A stretch of 64,000 nt of DNA, taken from the NCBI GenBank assembly GCA_038213495.1, contig JBBQSY010000005.1, positions 1,742 through 65,741 of the forward strand, in the 5' to 3' direction. The position numbers and the translations under genes were made by a program. The stretch's first letter is position 1. Each line of letters starts with the position of its first letter. Below are positions 52,174 to 62,000 of this stretch, piece by piece. The notes under the pieces were generated by a model, which had not been told where the DNA came from, did not search any database, and saw only the letters and a list, made by a program, of their open reading frames with translations. Origin of the DNA: Bacteroidales bacterium. GTDB lineage: Bacteria > Bacteroidota > Bacteroidia > Bacteroidales > UBA4417.

Positions 52174-54021
52174 TTATTTTACACTTTTCAGAACTGCTGC
52201 TGATAATGGTTTTACGGTTAGTGATTTTCCTTTTATTTTTTTATTTGTCAGAAGGTCAATCCAGGTTGATTTCTGCGGAAGCGAAAATTTCTGTTTTGCA
52301 GGATTAAGATTGAACAGAACAATTATTTCATCTTTTGAATCAAAACGTTTGTAAGCCAGTTTTTTACCATCGGTAGTCAGGAATTTTATATCGCCTGTCG
52401 ACAGAACCGGATTGTGCTTTCTGATGCTGATCAGCTTTTTGTAAAAATCGAATTGTGCCAGGTTAAATTCAACTTTATCATAGGTTTTAGCTCCCGGCTG
52501 AATGTTACTGCGTGTTTCGGGATCAAACGCCAGTTCTTTCCACATCAGTGGTTTCCTGCAATTCGGATCGTCGGCACCCCACATTCCCATTTCCTCGCCA
52601 TTCCATATTTGCGGCGCCCCGATGCTGGTAAAAAGATGGACAAGGTAGAGCCTAAGGCGCTGGTAAGTTTCTGCATCGGGCTTACCAGTAAGGTAGGCCG
52701 GATTGTCACTGGGTGATGCCTGGTATTTATATTTGCCCGGATTATAGAAATCGGTCAATAACCGGGGTGCATCGTGTGTTGAAGAAGTGTTCATCATAGC
52801 ATACCTGTTGGCGGGTAACAGTCGATTCCATTGAAATTCGAGGCTGTCTTTCAATTGAGCCGCATTGATTTCTGAATTCGTCTTTGCGAAAAAATACCGC
52901 GCAGGACGGTAGGCCTGGTAAAACATAACGGCATCAAAAACATCGCCGCTTGTGAAAGGCACCGGGTCCATTAACTGGTCGGGCCATTGTTCCCACCAGA
53001 TTTCGCCAACCAGGTAGGCTTCGGGTTGAACTGAGCGGACAAATTTGTGGTAGTCGCGCCAGAAACCCAGCCCGATATGATCGGCAACATCGAGCCTGAA
53101 GCCGTCGATGCCTTTGCTTGTATCTCCATCGGGAGCCAGCCAGCGTTTGGAAACAGCGAAAACATGCTGCTTAGCGCCTTCATTTATATTGCCTTCGTAA
53201 GCATGGCCTATCCGGCGTTCGGTTGTAAGATCTACTTTTTTAATTTCAGGCAGGTAATTGTTGTTTAACCAGCCTTCGTAAACAAATTCATTTCTGGTTG
53301 TTGCAGGGTTGTCAAATGAGGTAACGTTATACCAATCCTTATAAATTGATTTTTCCTGGTTTTTCACCAAATCTTCAAAAGCCCAGAACGAGGTGCCCGT
53401 GTGGTTCCAGGAATAATCCATAATAATCTTCATACCACGCTTATGTGCCTCATCGACCAGTTTCAAAAACATTTTATCGGCCGAAGTCCATTTCCAGGTG
53501 GAAGGGTCATCCGGCTTTTCAGATGCAATTATTTTATTGTCTCCAACCGGGTCAGGACCGAAGTTTACATCTATATGGTGATAATTCCGGGCATCGTATT
53601 TATGTAATGATGGAGCGTCGTTAATCGGATTCAAAAACAATGCTGTAACTCCCAGTTCCTGCAGATAATCAAGTTTGTTCAAAACACCCTGCAAATCGCC
53701 TCCATAACGGCGGAATTGAACAGCATCATTAAAAGACTTGCCGGATTTAACAGCCCATTCTTCCATATTGTACCAGTCGTGGCTCCAGGGTGTGATTTCC
53801 CAACCGGCCGGAGTTTTGATTTTCATAAAAGGTACATCCATGTTTACCGGACCGGGATCGTTGGATTTGTCACCGTTGTTAAAGCGCTCGACAAACACCT
53901 GGTACCAGATCACGTTTTTTGCCCAGGAAGGAGGTTCTTTTAATGCGTTTTGTGAGTTCTGAGGCAAAACAGGGTTTAAAAAACCCGAACTTAAAATCAG
54001 CAGTATTATAAGTCTTTTCAT
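52174..54021 (-). CDS. GH13 neopullulanase/cyclomaltodextrinase-like alpha-amylase, exported
   Basis: WYQVFVERF.NGD, YGGDLQG, HKYD, DYSWNH, DGFRLDVA, VGEIW, STHD, G.DDP.CRKP. Confidence 0.92.
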   Translation of the reverse strand: MKRLIILLILSSGFLNPVLPQNSQNALKEPPSWAKNVIWYQVFVERFNNGDKSNDPGPVNMDVPFMKIKTPAGWEITPWSHDWYNMEEWAVKSGKSFNDAVQFRRYGGDLQGVLNKLDYLQELGVTALFLNPINDAPSLHKYDARNYHHIDVNFGPDPVGDNKIIASEKPDDPSTWKWTSADKMFLKLVDEAHKRGMKIIMDYSWNHTGTSFWAFEDLVKNQEKSIYKDWYNVTSFDNPATTRNEFVYEGWLNNNYLPEIKKVDLTTERRIGHAYEGNINEGAKQHVFAVSKRWLAPDGDTSKGIDGFRLDVADHIGLGFWRDYHKFVRSVQPEAYLVGEIWWEQWPDQLMDPVPFTSGDVFDAVMFYQAYRPARYFFAKTNSEINAAQLKDSLEFQWNRLLPANRYAMMNTSSTHDAPRLLTDFYNPGKYKYQASPSDNPAYLTGKPDAETYQRLRLYLVHLFTSIGAPQIWNGEEMGMWGADDPNCRKPLMWKELAFDPETRSNIQPGAKTYDKVEFNLAQFDFYKKLISIRKHNPVLSTGDIKFLTTDGKKLAYKRFDSKDEIIVLFNLNPAKQKFSLPQKSTWIDLLTNKKIKGKSLTVKPLSAAVLKSVK

Positions 54022-54248
54022 AGTAGTCTGGTTGTTGTACTATTTATATGCAAAGCTACTGCATAAATTCATTTTATTCATTGGTAACATCAAAAAGCTG
54101 GTCAGGTTGATCAAACCAAAAAGGTGTTATTGTATGGATTGACAGCACCATAAAAATACCGAAGTAAATTAATTATATAGATTTCCGGTAAATCAACCAA
54201 CTGAAATAATATATTTTGTAATATCGCAACTGATTAAAAAATAAAAAT

Positions 54249-55757
54249 ATGGGCAAGCGACCACGCTTAACTTTCTGGCAGATCTGGAATATGAGTTTCG
54301 GATTTTTGGGTATTCAATTCGGCTTTGCATTGCAAAATGCCAATGTCAGCCGTATTTTTGAAACACTTGGAGCCAATATTGAAGATATTCCAATATTATG
54401 GGTGGCTGCTCCCCTCACCGGGCTAATTGTTCAGCCAATTATCGGACATATGAGCGATAACACCTGGAACCGCTTTGGCAGAAGGAGGCCTTATTTCCTG
54501 GCAGGGGCCATTCTGGCTTCGATGGCATTATTTATTATGCCAAACTCACCGGCATTATGGATTGCTGCCGGAATGTTATGGATGATGGATGCAAGTATAA
54601 ATATTTCGATGGAGCCTTTTCGTGCCTTTGTTGGCGATATGTTACCTGGCGATCAGCGTACCAGTGGTTTCGCCATGCAAAGTTTCTTCATCGGTGGAGG
54701 AGCGGTAATTGCTTCGGCTCTTCCATATATGCTTACTAACTGGATGGGAATTAAGAATGTAGCTGAGCCCGGATTAATACCCGACTCAGTGAAATATTCC
54801 TTTTATATTGGTGGCATTATATTTTTTCTTTCAGTATTATGGACCGTGCTAAGCACTAAGGAATATTCACCCGAACAGCTTAATGAATTTGAACGGGAGG
54901 AACATCCTGAGCGTTTTAGTGATTCCGAGAACCGTTCCGATGAAGTACTTCTACCTTATACAACTTTTCTGCGCCGGGGGTTTATATGGATGCCGATCGG
55001 AGTTGTTATATGTTTCATCATCTGGTATTTTAACCTGGCTGCCGAGCTTTATATAATCGGAGCAGGACTTTTGGGATTTGGACTGATGCAACTTCTTACC
55101 GGACAGATGGTGAAGAAGAAAAAAACTGAAAACGGGTTTGTTATTGTAAACAACGATCTGAACCGGATACCCAAAACTATGGGACAACTTGCTATTGTGC
55201 AATTTTTCACCTGGTTCGCCTTGTTTGCCATGTGGATTTATACTACATCCGCTGTTACCAGCCATGTTTATGGTACTTCCGATACCAGTTCCGAATTATT
55301 TAATAAAGGTGCAAACTGGGTTGGAGTTACTTTTGGCATTTACAGTCTGGTGGCTGCACTTGTAGCATTTTTACTACCGGTTTTGGCTAAATTCACAAGC
55401 CGTAAAATTACACACGCAATTGCGCTTACAGTTGGCGGAATTGGGTTAGCATCCATATACCTGGTTAAAGACCCCAATATGCTGATATTATCAATGGTGG
55501 GTGTAGGCATTGCTTGGGCAAGCATACTCGCAATGCCTTATGCCATTTTAACCGGATCGCTTCCCCAGAACAAGATGGGTACTTACATGGGAATTTTTAA
55601 TTTTTTCATTGTAATACCGCAACTTCTGGCTGCCAGTATTCTGGGATTCTTTGTTAAAACCCTTTTTGGCGGCGAAGCAATTTATTCATTGGTACTCGGA
55701 GGAATCTCTATGGTAATAGCTGCCGTGATGGTACTGTTTGTTGACGATAACAATTAG
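54249..55757 (+). CDS. MFS/GPH maltose-maltooligosaccharide transporter (MalT-like)
   Basis: IWNMSFGFLGIQFGFALQ, GRRRPY, DASINISMEPFRA, GIAWASILAMPY, MG.YMGIFNFFIVIPQ. Confidence 0.93.
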   Translation: MGKRPRLTFWQIWNMSFGFLGIQFGFALQNANVSRIFETLGANIEDIPILWVAAPLTGLIVQPIIGHMSDNTWNRFGRRRPYFLAGAILASMALFIMPNSPALWIAAGMLWMMDASINISMEPFRAFVGDMLPGDQRTSGFAMQSFFIGGGAVIASALPYMLTNWMGIKNVAEPGLIPDSVKYSFYIGGIIFFLSVLWTVLSTKEYSPEQLNEFEREEHPERFSDSENRSDEVLLPYTTFLRRGFIWMPIGVVICFIIWYFNLAAELYIIGAGLLGFGLMQLLTGQMVKKKKTENGFVIVNNDLNRIPKTMGQLAIVQFFTWFALFAMWIYTTSAVTSHVYGTSDTSSELFNKGANWVGVTFGIYSLVAALVAFLLPVLAKFTSRKITHAIALTVGGIGLASIYLVKDPNMLILSMVGVGIAWASILAMPYAILTGSLPQNKMGTYMGIFNFFIVIPQLLAASILGFFVKTLFGGEAIYSLVLGGISMVIAAVMVLFVDDNN

Positions 55758-55791
55758 AGAGAAGCATTCGTATTAAAGGAAGTACCAGAGC

Positions 55792-56502
55792 TTAATGTTC
55801 CGGTGGCGGACTTATATACTGTTGCCTCAATATCCCTTTCAGTTGTTCCACCTCGAAAGCATCTTCCAACTTATGTGGCCCGACACGAGTTCTGCACAGC
55901 GTGCTCATATAGGCACCGCTTTGCAATGCCTGCCCAAAATCGCGGGCTAAGGCACGGATATAAGTTCCTTTTGAACACACGATACGAAAATCGACTTCAG
56001 GCATCTCAATCCGGGTAATTTCAAAAACCGGAACGCTTACCGGCCGTGCTGCCAGACCGAGGTCCTTATCCTTACGTGCCGATTCGTAAGCGCGTTTGCC
56101 ATCCACTTTAATAGCTGAAAACATAGGTGGGATTTGCATTAAATCGCCGCTCAGGCTGCGGGCTGCTTCCTGTATCATTTCAGGGGTAATGTGATCCGAA
56201 GGAAAAGTCTCATTTATTTCTTTTTCCATATCGTACGAGGGCGTAGTGGCTCCAAGTACAAAAGTTCCGGTATATTCCTTGTCGTAATCTTTAAATTCCT
56301 CAATACGTTTGGTTGCTTTACCCGTACAAACTATTAATAGTCCGGTTGCCAGCGGATCGAGTGTGCCGGCATGCCCGACTTTTATCTTTTTCCCTCCCAG
56401 CAAATGTTTCATTAATCCACGAAGTGAGCCGATTACATCGAAAGAAGTCCAGCGGTAGGGTTTGTTTACAAGAAGAATTTCGCCTTCGGTGATATTGAGC
56501 AT
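55792..56502 (-). CDS. truB: tRNA pseudouridine(55) synthase
   Basis: NKPYRWTSFDV, KVGHAGTLDPLATG, QIPPMFSAIKVDGKRAY, CSKGTYIRALARD. Confidence 0.97.
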   Translation of the reverse strand: MLNITEGEILLVNKPYRWTSFDVIGSLRGLMKHLLGGKKIKVGHAGTLDPLATGLLIVCTGKATKRIEEFKDYDKEYTGTFVLGATTPSYDMEKEINETFPSDHITPEMIQEAARSLSGDLMQIPPMFSAIKVDGKRAYESARKDKDLGLAARPVSVPVFEITRIEMPEVDFRIVCSKGTYIRALARDFGQALQSGAYMSTLCRTRVGPHKLEDAFEVEQLKGILRQQYISPPPEH

Positions 56503-56548
56503 GGATGAGGATTAATATAAATTATTGAATGCTGAACAGTAATTTTCT

Positions 56549-56712
56549 ACCACAGAGGCACAGAGGGAACAGAGGTTCACGGAGTTAATTAAATGAGTTT
56601 TCATATTCGGATTTCTTAGCATGTAAGAATACTTTGAATTGGAAGCAGGTTGAAATAATTTCAGTTCAAAAAAACCCTCTGTGTTTCTCTGTGAAATCCG
56701 TATCTCCGTGGT
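56549..56712. repeat. MITE-like element with 36-bp periodic (CAC(A/G)GAG) terminal inverted repeats
   Basis: Left arm ACCACAGAG-GCACAGAG-GGAACAGAG-GTTCACGGAG (56549-56584); reverse complement of right arm (56677-56712) is ACCACGGAG-ATACGGAT-TTCACAGAG-AAACACAGAG. Confidence 0.75.
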
Positions 56713-56725
56713 TTTAAAAAGTAGG

Positions 56726-57505
56726 TTAGACTACTTTAAGGTCGACACCAAGAGCCAGAAGAATCAGCAGCACAGCGCCTACAATAATCCGGTAATAACC
56801 AAACACCTTAAATCCGTGTTTCTGCAGGTAGGTAATGAAGAACTTTATGGCCAGCATAGCAACCACGAAAGCAACCAGGTTTCCGACCAGTAAAACGCCG
56901 ATATTGTCGGCATTGAAATGCTTGTAATCTTTAAGTAATTTATAGGCTGAGGCTGCTGCCATGGTTGGTACAGCAAGAAAGAATGAAAATTCAGCAGCTT
57001 TGGTGCGTGTGAGTTTTTGTTGCATTCCGCCGATTATAGTTGCTGCCGAACGGGAAACTCCGGGTATCATGGCTATGCACTGATAAAGCCCTATTATAAA
57101 AGCATTTTTATAAGATGCTTCTCTTTTCTCATCGGTATTGATAAACCATTTATCAACAAATAAAAACAAGATACCTCCCAGCAAAAGCATCAGCGCAACT
57201 ACAAATACACTTTCGAGCATCTCGTCGATTTGTTTGCTGAAAAGAAGCCCTAAAATGGCTGCCGGGATAAATGCCACAAAGAGTTTATAATAAAATGTAA
57301 ATGATTGCAGGAAGCGTTTCCAGTACAAAACGATGACCGACAGAATGGCTCCAAACTGAATATTTACCGTAAATGCTTTGGCAAACTCATTGATTTCGAT
57401 ACCAAGCAAACGCTCGGTTATAATCATATGACCAGTGGATGAAATGGGAAGAAATTCCGTGATTCCTTCAACAATGGCAATAATAACAGCATCGAGGTAC
57501 GTCAT
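56726..57505 (-). CDS. uppP: Undecaprenyl-diphosphate phosphatase (BacA)
   Basis: [40 protein letters not shown]. Confidence 0.97.
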   Translation of the reverse strand: MTYLDAVIIAIVEGITEFLPISSTGHMIITERLLGIEINEFAKAFTVNIQFGAILSVIVLYWKRFLQSFTFYYKLFVAFIPAAILGLLFSKQIDEMLESVFVVALMLLLGGILFLFVDKWFINTDEKREASYKNAFIIGLYQCIAMIPGVSRSAATIIGGMQQKLTRTKAAEFSFFLAVPTMAAASAYKLLKDYKHFNADNIGVLLVGNLVAFVVAMLAIKFFITYLQKHGFKVFGYYRIIVGAVLLILLALGVDLKVV

Positions 57506-57506
57506 C

Positions 57507-57788
57507 CTAGTCTTTCGGCTTTTTCATAATGGCTACTATCCCGACGCCAAAACCAACCAGGATCATAATCGGGGCTAAAGTGATCCTTCTGAAACTAAAT
57601 ATTTCATCATTAAATACGTTAGGATCGGTGGAACCTCCACCCGTCATCAGGATAAATCCTAAGATAATTAGGGCTACCCCGACAAACATAAGGATATAGT
57701 TTATTTTTCCGAATGCAAATACCGGTCGGCTATTGTCTTCAACTTTTTTTACAGCTTCCTGGGCCTTGTTTTTTGCAGTTGTTGCCAT
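57507..57788 (-). CDS. DUF3098 domain membrane protein
   Basis: FGKINY, GF.LM.GG....[14 protein letters not shown]; conserved position between ftsX and uppP. Confidence 0.9.
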   Translation of the reverse strand: MATTAKNKAQEAVKKVEDNSRPVFAFGKINYILMFVGVALIILGFILMTGGGSTDPNVFNDEIFSFRRITLAPIMILVGFGVGIVAIMKKPKD

Positions 57789-57867
57789 TTTCGAAGTATG
57801 ATTTTAAAATGTTTTATGGAAGATGTTTATTTGGCCGGTGAAATTCCGGATATGTTTTCGTGCTACT

Positions 57868-58743
57868 CTAATTTGAATAAAGGCTATCAATTTTCATCCG
57901 CAGGAATTTATTTACTGCAAACCATGTTGACAAGACCGACAATATTACACCAAGTAAAAGCACTGCGAGAAAAAAAACAGCGAATAGTTTCACATCCTGA
58001 AGTGCAATGATTTCAGGAATGCGTTGCCTGGCGAGGTACAATGTGCCCATAAGCAGCATGTTAGCAATAACAGCAGCGAGTACTCCATGAACAATACTCC
58101 GGGTAATGAAAGGCAGGCGGATAAAATTTTCGGTAGCACCTACAAGTTGCATACTCCTGATCAGGAATCGCCGGGCATAGATTGACAGCTTTATTGTGTT
58201 GTTGATAAGAATGATCGAAATTATCAGTAAAATCAAGCTAAATCCCAGTATTACCAGCGATATTTTACTAATATTGGCATTAACCTGGTCGATAAGAGAT
58301 TTCTGATACAGGACTTCCTTTACAAGGTTGGAGTTCATGACTTGCTTTTCGATCAGTGCAATGCTGTCGTTGTTGGCATAACTAGCCCTGAGTTGTAAAT
58401 CAATGGAAGCAGGCAAGGGATTATACCCGAGAAATTGCACGAAATCCTCTCCCAGCTCATTCGAAAGTTCTTTGGCAGCCTGCTCGCGGGATATAAATTC
58501 AGCTTGTTTTACATAGCTGGTCTTTTGCAGGCGCTTTATGTAGTTTTGTACCAGGTCATCCGCTGCATTGTCTTTGAGAATCAATGAAATGCTGATGTTT
58601 TCGCGGACATAATCGGATAGCCTTTTCCCGTGCAGGATAATCATTCCCAAAAGCCCAAGCATGAATAATACCAGCATAATGCTGATAATACTGGTTACAT
58701 ATGATGCCCTGAGTCTTCCGCTTCCGACCTGTTTCTCTGCCAT
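57868..58743 (-). CDS. ftsX: Cell division permease-like protein FtsX
   Basis: TSIISI.LVLF.LG, LGYNPL, INNTIKLSIYARRFLIRSMQLVGAT..FI..PF. Confidence 0.95.
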   Translation of the reverse strand: MAEKQVGSGRLRASYVTSIISIMLVLFMLGLLGMIILHGKRLSDYVRENISISLILKDNAADDLVQNYIKRLQKTSYVKQAEFISREQAAKELSNELGEDFVQFLGYNPLPASIDLQLRASYANNDSIALIEKQVMNSNLVKEVLYQKSLIDQVNANISKISLVILGFSLILLIISIILINNTIKLSIYARRFLIRSMQLVGATENFIRLPFITRSIVHGVLAAVIANMLLMGTLYLARQRIPEIIALQDVKLFAVFFLAVLLLGVILSVLSTWFAVNKFLRMKIDSLYSN

Positions 58744-58862
58744 TGATTTACTCGATAAGAGAAAGCGAAATTAAGAATTTTTTTTCAGCCGCGGTCATTT
58801 CATTTATGGCGTTTGCATTAATTAACAATTTGGAGGCACGATTTTGAGACGGAGGAAATTAT

Positions 58863-58930
58863 TTTTATCCACGAATTTTCACAAACAGAGCACAAATTTG
58901 CAGGGACTTCCGTGAAAGTTCGGGATAAAA
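58863..58930. repeat. Inverted repeat with CAC(G/A)AA periodic units upstream of leuS
   Basis: TTTTATCCACGAATTTTCAC (58863-58882) vs GTGAAAGTTCGGGATAAAA (58912-58930); related tract TATCCACAAATGTATCACGAATTGTCACAAAT at 63041-63072. Confidence 0.55.
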
Positions 58931-59064
58931 CCGGTAAACCAGGTGCACAATTCCACATTTATGAAGCCGCTCTCCGGAAATGCATTAAATTACTACCTTT
59001 GCACACGTTTAAGCCAATCCCGGATGAGGCTTAACTATTTAATATGAAACAATTTACATAAAGC

Positions 59065-62000
59065 ATGGAATACAATTTTGGTGAAGTAGAGAAAAAATGG
59101 CAGAAACAATGGGCTGCGGAAAAGGTTTTTAAAACGGAGATAGTTGTTGGAAAACCTAAATATTATGTTCTTGACATGTTTCCTTATCCGTCAGGCGCGG
59201 GTTTGCATGTCGGACATCCGCTTGGTTATATCGCTTCCGATATTTTTTCGCGTTACAAACGGCTGAAAGGCTTTAATGTGCTTCACCCCATGGGCTATGA
59301 TGCTTACGGGCTGCCCGCCGAACAGTATGCGATACAAACCGGCACCCATCCGGCTATAACCACCGAAAAAAACCTGGCACGGTATCGTGAACAACTGGAT
59401 AAAATCGGTTTTTCTTTCGATTGGGACCGCGAAGTCCGAACCTGCGATCCTGATTACTATAAATGGACGCAATGGACTTTTATTCAGCTTTTTAATTCGT
59501 GGTACAATAAAAATACGGAAAAAGCTGAGGCTATAGCAGAATTAATCTCAGTTTTTGAAGCAAACGGGAATGCATCCATAAAGGCTGCCTCTAGTGAAAT
59601 ACATGTATTCACATCTGCCGATTGGAAGCAGATGAGTGAAAAGCAACAGCAGGAAACCCTGATGAGCTACCGACTTGCATACCTTGCCGAAACGTCTGTA
59701 AACTGGTGCCCTGCCCTGGGAACCGTATTGGCTAATGATGAGGTTGCCGAAGGTCACAGCGTGCGCGGTGGCCACCCGGTTGAACGTAAAAAAATGAAAC
59801 AGTGGCTGTTGCGTATCACGGCCTATGCCGACCGCTTGCTCGCAGGACTCAATACCATCGACTGGACTGAATCCATCAAGGAAATTCAGCGGAACTGGAT
59901 TGGTCGGAGTGAAGGAGGAAGCATGAGGTTTGGAGTTATTGACCACCCCCTGTCCCCCTCCGTGGATGATTTAGGTGGGGTGAAACCAGACGAGGTTGAA
60001 AAAGAAGCAAATGACCACCCCCTGTCCCCCTCCATGGGAGGGGGAACCTATCCGACAAATATTTCGTCTGAAAATCAGGATAGTGCTTCATCCCATAGAG
60101 CCTACATGACGACTGATCCTCAAACTTTCAATTTGTTCAGAGACAGATCAAAGGAGATGAGAAAAGCGCCTACTGAATCTGAAGATATTTTATGGCAAAA
60201 CCTCAGAGATAGTGAGATAGGATATAGAATTAGAAGGCAGCAAGTAATTGATAACTATATCGTTGATTTTGTTTGTCTTCCCAAAAAGACAATTATTGAA
60301 GTTGATGGACCTATCCATGATTTTCAAAAGGAAGCGGATGCACAGAGATCTGAGTATCTGGAACTCCTTGGATATGAAATTCTAAGATTCAAAAATGAAG
60401 AAATACTTGCTAATCCTGGAAAAGTTGCCCGGCAAATTGCAGAATTTCTCGAAAGGAAAGTCCTCCCCTCCGGGGAGGATTTAGGTGGGGTTTTTATTCC
60501 TGCCGAAATCGAGGATTACTTTGAAGATTTGCCTGAAGTCCCTCCAACCCGGGAGGATTTAGGTGGGGTCCTAGCTGCCAGGAAAGATTTAGGTGGGGTG
60601 ATAACTACCAAGGTTGAAAACAAAGCAAATAACCACCCCCTGTCCCCCTCCGTGGGAGGGGAAAATATCTCTCCCGAAATAGAAGTCTTCACCACCCGTC
60701 CCGATACCATTTTCGGTGCCACCTTTATGGTGCTTGCTCCTGAGCACGAAATGGTTTCAAAAATAACAACACCAGAATATCGCGATAAAATTGAAGCTTA
60801 CCTGGGTTGGGCAAAAAACCGGACCGAGCGCGAACGGATGACGGAAGTGAAGAAAGTAAGCGGAGAATTTACCGGCGCTTATGCCCTAAATCCATTTACT
60901 GGCCAGCCTATCCCCATCTGGATTGCTGATTACGTGCTTATGGGCTACGGAACCGGCGCCATAATGGCTGTTCCGGCGCACGATAGCCGCGATTTTGCTT
61001 TCGCACGTCATTATAAACTTCCGATTGTACAGGTTGTTAACAAACCAGGTCACGAGGCAACCGATCCTGCCACCTGGGAAGAATCATATGATTCGAAGGA
61101 TGGTATTATGATCAATTCGGGGTTTATCGATGGATTGCATGTAAAAGAAGCTATCAGCGCCGTAATCCGTGAAACTGAAAAACGCGGGATCGGTACGGGG
61201 AAAATAAACTTCCGTCTGCGCGATGCCATTTTCAGTCGCCAACGATATTGGGGTGAACCGTTTCCGGTTTTTTACAAAAATGGAATGCCTTATACCCTTC
61301 CCGAAAACCAGTTACCTCTCCTGTTGCCCGATGTGGATGCTTACCTGCCAACCGAATACGGTGAACCACCGCTTGCCCGTGCCAAAAACTGGGTTACAGC
61401 CGAAGGGTATCCGCTGGAAACAAATACGATGCCTGGTTTCGCCGGATCGAGCGGTTATTACCTGCGCTATATGGATCCGCGTAACGATAAGGAATATTTC
61501 TCAAAAGAAACTGCAAACTACTGGCAAAGCGTCGATCTGTATATTGGCGGAGCCGAACATGCAACCGGTCACTTGCTTTATTCGCGTTTCTGGAATAAAT
61601 TCCTTTTCGACCTGGGTTACTCGGTGGTGGAGGAACCATTTAAAAAACTGGTTAACCAGGGAATGATACAGGGCCGCTCGAGTTTTGTTTACAGGGTGAA
61701 AGGGACGAACAAATTTGTGTCTTATAACCTTCGCCAGCAATATGATGTACAGCAGTTACATGTGGATGTGAATATTGTTGAAAATGATATTCTGGATACA
61801 GCTAAATTCCGCGAGTGGCGCCCTGATTTTGCAGATGCCGAATTTATCCTCGAAGACGGGAAATACCATTGCGGATGGGAAGTGGAGAAAATGTCGAAAT
61901 CGATGCATAATGTGGTTAATCCCGATATCCTGATTGAACGGTACGGCGCCGACACGCTTCGGTTGTACGAGATGTTCCTTGGTCCGCTGGAGCAGGCTAA

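Noticed and set aside
56741..56750. GTCGACACCA identical to the tRNA-Phe 3' end
   Set aside because: 10 bp inside the uppP coding sequence, on the wrong side and in the wrong orientation for an att duplicate.
57868..58743. ftsX without adjacent ftsE
   Set aside because: The ftsX-DUF3098-uppP-truB arrangement with unlinked ftsE is ordinary in Bacteroidota.
59490..59680. Extra ~60-aa segment in the LeuRS N-terminal half ([11 protein letters not shown]...[12 protein letters not shown])
   Set aside because: Resembles the lineage-typical Bacteroidota LeuRS insertion; no flanking repeats.
59942..60661. CRISPR-like reading of the leuS repeats
   Set aside because: Two repeat types with irregular spacing, inside a coding frame, and no cas genes in the window.
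59941..60663. Intein or self-splicing intron explanation for the leuS insert
   Set aside because: No HINT splice-junction residues, no LAGLIDADG/HNH or reverse-transcriptase motifs, and the frame is fully open; not formally excluded without RT-PCR or HMM searches.
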